Source: Spirulina sp. (GTDB taxonomy: Bacteria; Cyanobacteriota; Cyanobacteriia; Phormidesmidales; Phormidesmidaceae). From it: DNA of 12,192 nt. The first letter of the stretch is position 1; each line of letters starts with the position of its first letter. The notes under the pieces are model-generated. The model saw only the letters and a program-made list of their open reading frames with translations, was not told where the DNA came from and ran no database searches. The stretch spans positions 1 to 12,192 of the forward strand of contig JBIPSI010000062.1 in the NCBI GenBank assembly GCA_044070495.1, in the 5' to 3' direction. Of this stretch, positions 1 through 8,600 are shown piece by piece. The position numbers and the translations under genes were made by a program.

Positions 1-134
1 GGTCAGGTGGCTGGAATACTCTGATGTCATGGCTTCCAAGGAGCTACAGTGTTCGTTACTCTGAGCCTAATACCCAGGAAGCCTTTTCTGCGTTCCGGGT
101 CACTCTGTGCCAATTGCTACTTTCCAAATATCCT

Positions 135-524
135 CTAAGACTTTGCCCGCAGCAGCGCCACGGATCGGGCGAGGCGGGCTTGGGTTTGGGTCATCACTGG
201 GCCACTGAGGCGAAACTTGGCCCCAATCAGCAGTAGTAGGCCCAGGACTCCATTACCCGCCGCCACCGTGGCCACCGCCTCCAGCCAGTCCAACCCCAGG
301 CGGTGTAGCCCCAGAATGGCCACCCCCTGAAGCAACACCAGCGCCATGGCCATCAACCCCACCCCCAGGCTGAGCAAAATCACGCCGCCTAGGATCCGCT
401 GCCGTTCGTAGGTGGCCTCCTGTACGGCTACATCTAGGTGCAGATCCACCAACACCGAAAACAGCCGCAACACCCGCCGCAGGTAGGCTTCCAGCCGATC
501 TAGGGCAGACTCGGAACTAGCCAC
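135..524 (-). CDS. Phage-holin-like / YqjE-family membrane protein (2 TM)
   Basis: 129 aa; 'VDLHLDVAVQEA' amphipathic segment followed by two hydrophobic helices and a basic tail, as in the YqjE/Phage_holin_3_6 family. GTG start (522-524) overlaps the upstream gene by 8 bp. Confidence 0.75.
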   Translation of the reverse strand: MASSESALDRLEAYLRRVLRLFSVLVDLHLDVAVQEATYERQRILGGVILLSLGVGLMAMALVLLQGVAILGLHRLGLDWLEAVATVAAGNGVLGLLLLIGAKFRLSGPVMTQTQARLARSVALLRAKS

Positions 525-1053
525 GTTTGCCCCCCAGCAACAGCCCCAAAATCACCCCCAATCCCACCGCCATCAACAAACTGGTGCCCAGGTTGCTACG
601 CGCCTTCTTTTCCAGTTCCGGCAACATTTCCGCCTTAAAGTCTTGGATGAGTTGATCGGTGCGATCTTCCAATTCCCCCAGCAGTTGATCAATAGTAGAC
701 GGCCCCGCCGCTGACTGATCCGTCGTTTCCGTCGTTGAATCCGGTGGGTCTCCCGATGGGACTATATCTGGCCTATCCCGCTGGCCTAGGGTGGTGGGGC
801 GATGGTCGTCAGAGGCATCATCGGCCTGGGTGGACATCAAGCTGGCCAACTCCCCCAGGTGGCGACGCACCAGGGTACGGGTGTGGTCGGTGTGGGTGGC
901 AATGTAAATGACGGTGGCTTCAGGGTCGTCGGCAACATTCTCCAGGGCTTCTCGACTCAGATCGGGCCACTCCTCCACCATGAGGGGAATTAGGTCTGCC
1001 AAGGGCAGGGGCAAGGAAAAGGATGACGAATTGTCAGGGGCCACCGGGGTCAT
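517..1053 (-). CDS. DUF883/ElaB/YqjD-like tail-anchored protein with CsbD-like N-terminal helical region
   Basis: C-terminal 'ARSNLGTSLLMAVGLGVILGLLLGGKRG' resembles the ElaB/YqjD membrane anchor. N-terminal 'EEWPDLSREALE...TRTLVRRHL' is CsbD-like. Lies directly upstream of a YqjE-like gene, as in yqjD-yqjE. Confidence 0.65.
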   Translation of the reverse strand: MTPVAPDNSSSFSLPLPLADLIPLMVEEWPDLSREALENVADDPEATVIYIATHTDHTRTLVRRHLGELASLMSTQADDASDDHRPTTLGQRDRPDIVPSGDPPDSTTETTDQSAAGPSTIDQLLGELEDRTDQLIQDFKAEMLPELEKKARSNLGTSLLMAVGLGVILGLLLGGKRG

Positions 1054-1125
1054 GGTTGCAATGGGGCTGAGGACAACGGGATAGCGGATCTGTACTGCGG
1101 ATCTGTGTTAAAGCGGGATGACGCT

Positions 1126-1131
1126 ATTCTA
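1126..1131 (-). promoter_or_regulatory. Candidate -10 element (TAGAAT) for the elaB-like/holin-like operon
   Basis: attcta at 1126-1131 reads TAGAAT on the minus strand, ~70 bp upstream of the ATG at 1053. Confidence 0.35.
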
Positions 1132-1306
1132 ATCGCTGGCTGCCTAGAGAGGCGGCCCCGGCTGGCGGGCAAACGATTCTGCACCGGACGCGGTTGCCGC
1201 GTCCCTAGCGCATTCCCGCCCCCTTCAGACTATTCCCTGGAGAGCGAAAAATAGGGATCGAAATTATCTCTGGCCACGAATATTTAATAATCTCTAAAAA
1301 AATTTG

Positions 1307-1323
1307 CAGATAGTTACTATCTG
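1307..1323. promoter_or_regulatory. Perfect inverted repeat CAGATAGT-T-ACTATCTG, candidate operator
   Basis: 8-bp arms with a 1-nt spacer at the edge of the AT-rich tract (~1247-1320) in the divergent intergenic region. Confidence 0.45.
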
Positions 1324-1718
1324 GCCATTCTGTGTCACGGCGGGGATCACCTGTGCTTAGAATTAACCTACCAATTCCCTTGAAGCGGTGTTGCTTAGCA
1401 ATACGGCTGCATTGGCGTTGATTTGGAGTAGGTTTCGATCCTAGTCCTTTCCCCCTGTCCTTGTCCGCAGACCGTTCTCCCGGCCCCAAAACCCATGCTG
1501 AATGGGATCCAAGGCTATTGGCCCTAGGGCGAATGGGAAAATGTTCGATGGGGCTGTCTGTCTGGCCCTGTTTGTGGTACTGCGATAGGGGATGTTAGCC
1601 CAAGTTCTAAGGAACTTGTCGTTTGTGGTGAACGGATTTGACCTGCGATTTCCTGTCGTTTCGGTCATTTCTCTGCCATTCCAGGGTGAGTGGCCCGTTA
1701 ATCTCTTGGAGAGATCCC

Positions 1719-2108
1719 ATGAAATTTGAGGATATTTATCAGTTTTTCGAGGATCCACCGCCGATCTATCTCAATAAGGAACTGGCAGTGTGCTATGTGC
1801 TAGCTGTTCTGTTGCAGCAGGATTCCTACGGCACAGAACTGATCCAGCACCTCTCGGAACAGTTTACCCACTACCGTCTCTCGGATACCGTGCTTTACGG
1901 AGCGCTCAAGTTTTTAGAGGACGAAAAGGCCATTGACGGCTACTGGAAAAAGGTTGAGGGCCGAGGCCGACCCCGGCGCATGTATCGCCTTAACCCTGAT
2001 TGGCGGCTCCAGGCGGAGGAACTGGCAGAATTTTGGAAAACCTACATGGGAAACTCCGCTGCCCCGGCCTACACCGATAGCCCTATTCTATCGGTGCCTC
2101 GGATGTAG
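1719..2108 (+). CDS. pex: PadR-family winged-helix regulator Pex (circadian period extender)
   Basis: 'MKFEDIYQFF..PPPIYLNKELAVCYVL..SYGTELIQ..LSDTVLY.ALKFLE..YWKKVEGRGRPRRMY' is the characteristic Pex sequence. Start reassigned from 1638 to ATG 1719, which has GGAGAG at 1708-1713; 129 aa. Confidence 0.92.
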   Translation: MKFEDIYQFFEDPPPIYLNKELAVCYVLAVLLQQDSYGTELIQHLSEQFTHYRLSDTVLYGALKFLEDEKAIDGYWKKVEGRGRPRRMYRLNPDWRLQAEELAEFWKTYMGNSAAPAYTDSPILSVPRM

Positions 2109-2269
2109 GGAAATCGTGCTGTCGTTGCGATTTTTCAGCTAGGCCATCACCGAGTCACCATGGGGGTTCGCCACCCTTGGCATCAGGGGCTAGCTTCTGC
2201 GTTGGCGTTCTAGCTGAATCGCTCAACATTGCGTACTGTAGAACAGTACCCTTGCTGTTAATCGCCGCT

Positions 2270-2830
2270 GTGACCGAAACCGTTATTTACTCCACCCTGT
2301 TTTTAACCCTGCTGATGATGGTGGGGTTATTCTTTTTTATCCGCGCCTCCACCAAGGATCGCACGGAGATTCTCATCCTCGATCCCCCTGCCGCCGCCAC
2401 CACCACCCTAGACGCCCTCACCGTCTACTTCGAGCAACGGGCTTACCAGGTGCAAGACAAGGATTCCGAGGCCGCGCAGATTACCCTCACAGGTCAGGTG
2501 CGGCCCAGTTGGTTTTTGGCCATTTTCCTCAGCAGTTTGGCGACGGTGGGAGGCCTCTGCTTTGCCCTGGTGTTGTCCAGTCTCTTTCCTGGGGTGGGGC
2601 TAGCCTTTGGCGGACTGATCCTGCTGGCTCCCGGCGCGGGCTGGTTCTATTGGCGGCGGGCCGGACGGGAGGAACAGGTGACCCTTGAGGCGAGATCCCA
2701 ACCGGAAACTACCCCCCAAGACCAAATTGTGGTCACCGCCCACCGGGACGAATTAATCGCCCTTGAGCAAACCTGGAAAAGCCAGTTGCGGGATCTGATC
2801 GTGACCGCCGCCGCTGAAATCGCTTCCTAA
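2270..2830 (+). CDS. ccb1: Cofactor assembly of complex C subunit B (CCB1/DUF3529), cytochrome b6 heme ci attachment
   Basis: 'STLFLTLLMMVGLFFFIRASTKDRTE', 'G.VRPSWFLAIFL', 'FYWRRAGREEQV' and 'AHRDELIAL' motifs; 3 TM segments. Likely start is GTG 2270 rather than 2177. Confidence 0.85.
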   Translation: MTETVIYSTLFLTLLMMVGLFFFIRASTKDRTEILILDPPAAATTTLDALTVYFEQRAYQVQDKDSEAAQITLTGQVRPSWFLAIFLSSLATVGGLCFALVLSSLFPGVGLAFGGLILLAPGAGWFYWRRAGREEQVTLEARSQPETTPQDQIVVTAHRDELIALEQTWKSQLRDLIVTAAAEIAS

Positions 2831-2874
2831 ACCAGCGGTTCAGAGGTTGGGGAGTAGGGATTGGAGGTTGGGGG

Positions 2875-2908
2875 GGCGAAGACCCCGCTTTAAAGTCTCT
2901 CGCCTTGT
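2875..2908 (+). terminator. Possible terminator hairpin between convergent ccb1 and pentapeptide genes
   Basis: ggcgaagac...gtctctcgcc can pair with one bulge and is followed by ttgtt (weak U tract). Confidence 0.25.
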
Positions 2909-2999
2909 TGGCTACCCCGTATACCCATACTGAGCGGTTTGCTCGATATCTTGGCGATGGGCTGGGATGAGGACATCTATCCCCGGAGGTCTACTGTAA

Positions 3000-4400
3000 T
3001 CAACTGGTCTTGGGGGCCGCTGCCGCTGGGCTAACGGACATCCAGCCTTTTACCAGGGCTAGGGGCACGCTGATGTAGGGGTTTTGGGCAAACACGCGCA
3101 CCAGTTCGCCGCTGCCAGATTCTAATGCCTTGAGCAGGCGGGTTTTGAAGGCGGGGTTGCTGAGGGCTTGTTTCTGGAGGGCGTTGCCCACCACCTGGGG
3201 CCGTTGGGCGGGGGGCACCTGGGCGGCCTGGGCCGAAAGCTGTTGGAATAGGCTTTCCACCTGTACCACCAATTCCCAATCGGGGATGGTGTCTTGGCTG
3301 GCAGACTGGTTGCGCTGTACGGCTTGTTGCCGTCCTCCGGCTTCGATGGTGTCGGCAAAGTTGCCAATGTTGGCTCCGCGTAGGTCGTACTTAGATACAC
3401 CGGTCATGAGATTATTCTCCAAAACAGAAACAGATTGAACGTAGACATTGCGCTGGCTCATCAGCTTCAGCAGGTCGAGCAGCTCGTCGTTTTGCCGTTG
3501 AATGGTGGCCAGTTGGTCTTCCCGAAGCTGAATTTGCTGGCGATAGTAGGCGTCGGCCTCGTGGCCTAGAGGGGCATAGGTGATGGACTGGGGCTGTTCG
3601 GGGGGGGCCTTAAGGCTGGGTACGCCCACCCGCACCAACAGGTCGCCATTGGCCTGACGTTCTACGGATTGCAAATAAATGTCGGGGGCGGGGGCCAGGG
3701 TGGTCGAGGGCCAAGCGATGCGATAGACCAAGTGCCCCAGGGCTTCGTTGGATTCGTTTAGGGTTTGGTAGAACTGTTTGAGTGCGGCTCGAAAGCCATC
3801 GGTATAGGGGCTAATTGCCTTCTCTTCAGCGTCGGGGTTCACGCAGGACAGCACATAGACATGCTCGCAGGTGGCCCGTTGCAGGGTGGCAATAACCTGA
3901 ATATCGAGGTCGGAAACGATGACACCCGTGAGGTTAGTCCCTGACAGGGTTGCCCCCGTGAGGATCACATCGGTGAGGTTTGCCCCCTTGAGGTTGGCCT
4001 CTGTGAGGTCGGCGTGGGACAGGTCAGCTCCCACCAAGTGGCTCATGCTCAGGTTGACTCCCCTGAGGCTGGCCCCCTGGAGGTTGCCTTGGGAAAGGTT
4101 GGCGCTACTGAGGTCGGCGTTGCTGAGGTTGGCCTTGGCCAGGTTAGCATTGGCCAGGTTAGCGCTGCCCAAACTAGCCCCCCGCAGGTCAGACCGACTG
4201 AGATCGACCCCCCACAGGTCGGCGGAGTAGAAATCGACACGACGTAGGTCAGCTTCACTGAGGTTGGCTGCCGCTAGACCGATGGCACAAAGAAAAGCGT
4301 CACTGAGATCGGGATGGAGATCTGGGTTCTGCTGTCGCCAGTGGTTCCAGCTTTCAATACTGTGTTTTTTTAGATGCATAAGGTGGGTCAGGTTGCTCAT
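3000..4400 (-). CDS. Pentapeptide-repeat protein with coiled-coil and C-terminal helical domain (466 aa)
   Basis: N-cap 'HLMHLKKHSIESWNHWRQQNPDLHPDLS', then a long run of A(D/N)LxX repeats (~3920-4310), a Q-rich coiled coil and a C-terminal 'SKYDLRGANIG...NPAFKTRLLKAL...NPYISVPLALVKGW' domain. Strong RBS GGAGGTG (4407-4413) supports ATG 4400 over 4577. Confidence 0.88.
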   Translation of the reverse strand: MSNLTHLMHLKKHSIESWNHWRQQNPDLHPDLSDAFLCAIGLAAANLSEADLRRVDFYSADLWGVDLSRSDLRGASLGSANLANANLAKANLSNADLSSANLSQGNLQGASLRGVNLSMSHLVGADLSHADLTEANLKGANLTDVILTGATLSGTNLTGVIVSDLDIQVIATLQRATCEHVYVLSCVNPDAEEKAISPYTDGFRAALKQFYQTLNESNEALGHLVYRIAWPSTTLAPAPDIYLQSVERQANGDLLVRVGVPSLKAPPEQPQSITYAPLGHEADAYYRQQIQLREDQLATIQRQNDELLDLLKLMSQRNVYVQSVSVLENNLMTGVSKYDLRGANIGNFADTIEAGGRQQAVQRNQSASQDTIPDWELVVQVESLFQQLSAQAAQVPPAQRPQVVGNALQKQALSNPAFKTRLLKALESGSGELVRVFAQNPYISVPLALVKGWMSVSPAAAAPKTS

Positions 4401-4546
4401 GGCAGACACCTCCCCTGGATAAAAGGCCCTGATGGTAAATGGATCGGACTTCAGCCTAAGAAACAGATGCACGATGGAGGGGCTGAGGTCGGCGACGATT
4501 CGGACAAACAACGTGAATAAACGACGGATACGAACGGTAGATGCAC

Positions 4547-4586
4547 GGGGGGCAAGGGAAGGGGCGACAGGGGGCAAGGGAGGGGG
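4547..4586 (+). repeat. G-rich short repeat (GGGGGCAAGGGA x2, six G-tracts)
   Basis: 12-bp unit at 4548-4559 and 4570-4581, immediately after the stop codon of the REC-kinase gene; resembles cyanobacterial STRR-type intergenic repeats. Confidence 0.6.
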
Positions 4587-5675
4587 CTAGTCTGGCAACA
4601 CCACCCGCACAATGGTTTGGCGGCCAGGGATACTTTCAATCATCAACTCGCCCTGGTGCAGTTCTACCAAGCGCTTGGTAATGGCGAGGCCGAGGCCCGT
4701 GCCCTGGCTGGTTTCGGCGCTGGGGTCAAACTGGAGGTAGGCCCCCACATGGGCGATCTGGTCAGGGGTCATGCCCTGGCCATAGTCGATGACGTAGAAG
4801 GTGGTTTGGCCATCGGCATAGGAACCAAAGATTTTAATTGGGGTTCCCACCGGGGAAAACTTGAGGGCGTTGTCGATCAGTTCTTCGCACACCTTCCGCA
4901 GTTGGGCCTCGGACATGGAAACGGCGAAGGGTTCGAGGGAAATGTCCAGATCGTCTTCGCGTAGGTAGTCCGTGGCTAAGGTATCGGCGACCTCCAGGAT
5001 GATCTCGTCGGCCCGGTCGGTGAACTGTTGTCGCAGGTGGCTCGCCGAAGCAGGATCCAAGTGAAGGCGGTCTAGCTTGGCATAGAGCAGCACGTTTTGG
5101 GTGAGGCGGGCGGTGCGCTGGGCGCTGCGGTGGATGGCCTTGGCTAGGGTTTCCACTTGTTCCGGGGCCAGGGTAGCGGCCTGGGCGGCCAGGGTGGCGG
5201 AGAGGTTTAGGACTTCCCGCATGGGGCCACCTAGTTCCCTGGGCAGGGCGGTGCTGATGCTGGCGCGGAGGGCATCGAGCTGCTGCTGGGTCTTGTGTTC
5301 TACGGCGGTTTGGGCACCCAGGCGGGTGTGGATCATGCGGAGCAGATCGTCGTGGGTGAAGGGCTTGGTGAGGTAGTCATCGGCCCCTAAATCCATGCCG
5401 CTCCGAAAATCGTTGCGCTCGGCCTTGGCGGTGAGAAACACAAAGGGCAGGGTGGACAGGTCGGGGTCTTGGCGCACCTGTTCCAAGACGCCGTAGCCAT
5501 CCAGGACGGGCATCATAATGTCGCAGATCACCAGGTCGGGGTGAAACTCGCGAATTTGGCGCAGGCCCTCTTCGCCATTGACAGCGCTATCCACAATGTA
5601 GTCTTCCGCGTTGAGGATATCGACCAGGCTGTCGCGCACCCCAGCTTCGTCTTCAATTACTAAAATCTTAGCCAT
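4587..5675 (-). CDS. Hybrid response regulator / histidine-kinase-like protein (REC-HisKA-HATPase) with degenerate H-box
   Basis: REC motifs intact (IEDE, CDIMMP, FLTAK, TKPF). HATPase boxes intact (N 'ELIDNALKFS', G1 'DYGQGM', G2 'GTGLGL'). H-box reads LPRELGGPM instead of LPHELRTPL. Confidence 0.9.
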   Translation of the reverse strand: MAKILVIEDEAGVRDSLVDILNAEDYIVDSAVNGEEGLRQIREFHPDLVICDIMMPVLDGYGVLEQVRQDPDLSTLPFVFLTAKAERNDFRSGMDLGADDYLTKPFTHDDLLRMIHTRLGAQTAVEHKTQQQLDALRASISTALPRELGGPMREVLNLSATLAAQAATLAPEQVETLAKAIHRSAQRTARLTQNVLLYAKLDRLHLDPASASHLRQQFTDRADEIILEVADTLATDYLREDDLDISLEPFAVSMSEAQLRKVCEELIDNALKFSPVGTPIKIFGSYADGQTTFYVIDYGQGMTPDQIAHVGAYLQFDPSAETSQGTGLGLAITKRLVELHQGELMIESIPGRQTIVRVVLPD

Positions 5676-5680
5676 GATCG

Positions 5681-8600
5681 TTACTCCGTAAATGCAAGGG
5701 GAAGGGTGACGGTGAAGGTGGTGCCCACGCCCACCGTGCTGGTAAACGCAATGCGCCCCTGATGGGCCTCGGCGGCCCGTTTGGCAATCACCATGCCTAG
5801 GCCCGTGCCAGAGATGTTACCGACGTTATCGGCTCGGTGAAAGGCTTCAAATAGTTGGGCTTGATCCTCGGCGGGAATGCCAATGCCCCGATCTTGTACC
5901 GCAAACACCGTTGCATCGGCGGTGCAGGTGAGGGCAAAGCTGATGGGCTGATGGCCGGGGGAATATTTAATGGCGTTGGATAACAGGTTAATCAAAATGT
6001 GTCGCAGCAGCTTTTCATCGGCCATGGCATGGAAGGTATCGCCCTGACACTGGAGTTCAATGGGGCTGATGGGGCCCGTTTGGGCAAACTGAAGCTCTTC
6101 GACCAGATCCTGGCAAAACTGCTTTAGATCCATCGGGGCCGGATGGCAGGTGAGCTTACCCGCCTCGGTTTTGCCCACGGTCAGCACATCGTTCAGCAAG
6201 CCAATCACATGGTGTACGGAGGACTGAATGCGATGGAGGACGGCCTGTTGTTTTTCGGGGGTGAACTTGTGACTGTAGCGTTCCAGGGTTTCGGCGGAGG
6301 CCAGGATGGTGGTTAGCGGCGTGCGAAACTCGTGGGAAGCCATGGAGATAAAGCGGGTCTTGAGGTCGCTGAGTTCCTTTTCGCGGGTGAGGGCCTTGCG
6401 GATATTCATCTCTACCTGTTTGCGCTCGGTGATGTCGCGGGTAATGCCCCGATAGCCCTGGAAGGTGCCCTCGGCGTCAAAAATGGGCGATCCGCTAATT
6501 TCCAATACCACTGGCTTATCGCTGGCATGGAGGGCGCTGGTTTCAATCTGGGTGAAGGGCTGGCGCTGCTGAATCAGATGACTGAGGATGGTGCTAAACC
6601 GGATGGCTTCGTCTTCGGCCATGAAGTCACTGAAACGGTGGCCCAAGATCTCCGAGGGCGGATAGCCCAGCATCTCCGTGGCCCTGGGGTTGACGTAGCT
6701 AAAGCAAAACTGATCGTCCAGTTCCCACACCCAATCGTTGGTTTGTTCTACCAGGCTACGGAATTTGGTTTCGCTCAGTTGCAGGGCGATCTTAGCGGCT
6801 TCCCGTTCCGCCTCCCCTCGCTTGCGATCACTCACATCGAGGCCCACAAACACCGCTGCCGCCCCTTGATCATACTTTTGGGCCACCAACAGCCAGTGGT
6901 TGACCGTCCCGTTGATCGGAAATTCGGTTTCTTCGCTGGCGGTTTCGGCGTTGCCCTGCAAGAAGCGTTCCGCAAACGCGCTGAAGGGAGACGATTGATC
7001 CATAAAGCCCACGGGCTGGCCCACAAAGTCTTCTGGGGTAAGGCTAGCCAGGGCCGCAAGGCGATGGTTGCAGCCTAGGTAGTGCCCATCGGCACTCACC
7101 CACGACACCATGGCGGGTACGGCGTTCAGCATGGCCTGAAGCTGTTGGTTGGTCTGGGCCAGGGCCACCTCGGCTTCCCGGCGATGATCCACTTCCTGTT
7201 GCAGTTCAGCGGTGCGCTCGGCCACCTTATGTTCTAGGGCATCATTAAGCTGCTGAAGGTGTTGCTCATAGCCCTTGCGCGCTTCGATATCGGCCTGGAG
7301 TTGGTGGTAGTATTCCGACTGGCGAATGGCAATGGCCACCGACCGAGCCAGTTGTTCAATCAGGCGAATTTCCCAATCGTGCCAGCGCCGGGGTTCACTA
7401 CACTGGTTCACCACCAGCAGCCCCCACAGCCGCGCATCGCAGACAATGGGCACCACCAAATTGGCGCGAATATCTAACCCCGCTAACATGTCTATGTGGC
7501 AGGGGCTTAGCCCTGCCTGATGGATGTCTTCCACCGCCTGAATGCGGCCATAGCGGTAGGATTCGGCCCAGTGCTTGGCAAAGCATTCGTCCTCGATCAC
7601 CTGGCCCAGCAGCGACCCCCAGGGCGGCACCACCGACTCCACCACAATTTCACCCTTAGCCTGCCCATCAAATTGGTAGACCACGGCCCGATCCGCCTGG
7701 AGCAACTGTCGCACCTCGCCCACGGTGGTAGACAGAATGTGCTGCACATCGAGGGATTCGTGGATGCGCTGGGTGAGGCTGGTCAGCAGCCGATCCGCCT
7801 TCACTTGGTCTTCCAGTTGCTTGGTGCGGGTTTGCACCAGCCGTTCCAGTTCTGCACTGTGGGTTTTCCAAAGCGCCACCTGGTCGTGATCCGACTGGCG
7901 AAAGGTGCGCCACAGTTCGCTCAAGGAGGCCTGCACCTCACGATGATCGAGGCTATGGATCAGATCCGCCTGGGTAATCACCCCCAGGGGTTGGCGCTGG
8001 GGCGTGACCACCACCAAACAGGGCAACCGTCGCTGGTTCATTTCCTGGTAGGCCAACCATAGGGAATCGCTGGGCTGAAGCCAAAACTGCGCCTCCCGCA
8101 TCACTGCCTGCACGGGCAACTTTGCCAAATCAAGCTGACGCGACTGAAATCGCAGCACGTCCCGCCGCAGCACGATACCCACCAGGGTGCTCATGCCATT
8201 GGTGGCTTCCTCCACCACCGCTACGCAGGTAATCTGATACTCCGCCAGTTGCTTGGCCACGCTGAAGGTAGAATCTGTGGGACAGGCGGTGGCGAGGTAG
8301 GGCGTCATGCGAGAACGCACCGCTTGCAGCTTCAGCAGGTGGGGGGGCATCAGCGCCAGTTGTAGCGATTCCACAGAGATCATCCGCACAGGCCGATCCT
8401 GATCATCTACCACGGGCAGATGATGGATGTGCCGCTGCCGCATCAAGTCCACGATTTCCATCGGTTCCAGCGGTTGATCCCAGGACAACTGAGTCAGTTG
8501 GCGGGTCATGTGCTGGGCGATGGGATCCTCTAGGGAAACCCCGTTCACCAAAAGACGGATAGCGTCACGGTCGGTTACTAGACCCACCAGAGTTTCGTTG

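Noticed and set aside
1..30. Possible minus-strand gene start (MTSEYSSHLT...) running off the left edge
   Set aside because: Only 10 codons visible; cannot be supported.
135..524. Holin annotation as evidence of a prophage
   Set aside because: YqjE-like family members are commonly chromosomal, and no other phage genes are present.
1205..1758. Minus-strand ORFs of 94 and 105 aa in the pex upstream region
   Set aside because: No recognisable domain; one crosses the AT-rich promoter-like tract and the other overlaps pex.
3919..4247. Repetitive plus-strand ORFs ('RLARLALARL...') and the recurring 15-bp GAGGTT-like periodicity
   Set aside because: Antisense shadow of the pentapeptide codons; not CRISPR (no unique spacers) and not a separate gene.
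4401..4577. 59-aa N-terminal extension of the pentapeptide ORF
   Set aside because: Begins within the C-rich repeat; the strong RBS and family N-cap point to ATG 4400.
6332..8062. Long plus-strand ORFs (248 aa, 180 aa and smaller)
   Set aside because: Antisense to the well-supported kinase; expected in GC-rich DNA, no recognisable motifs.
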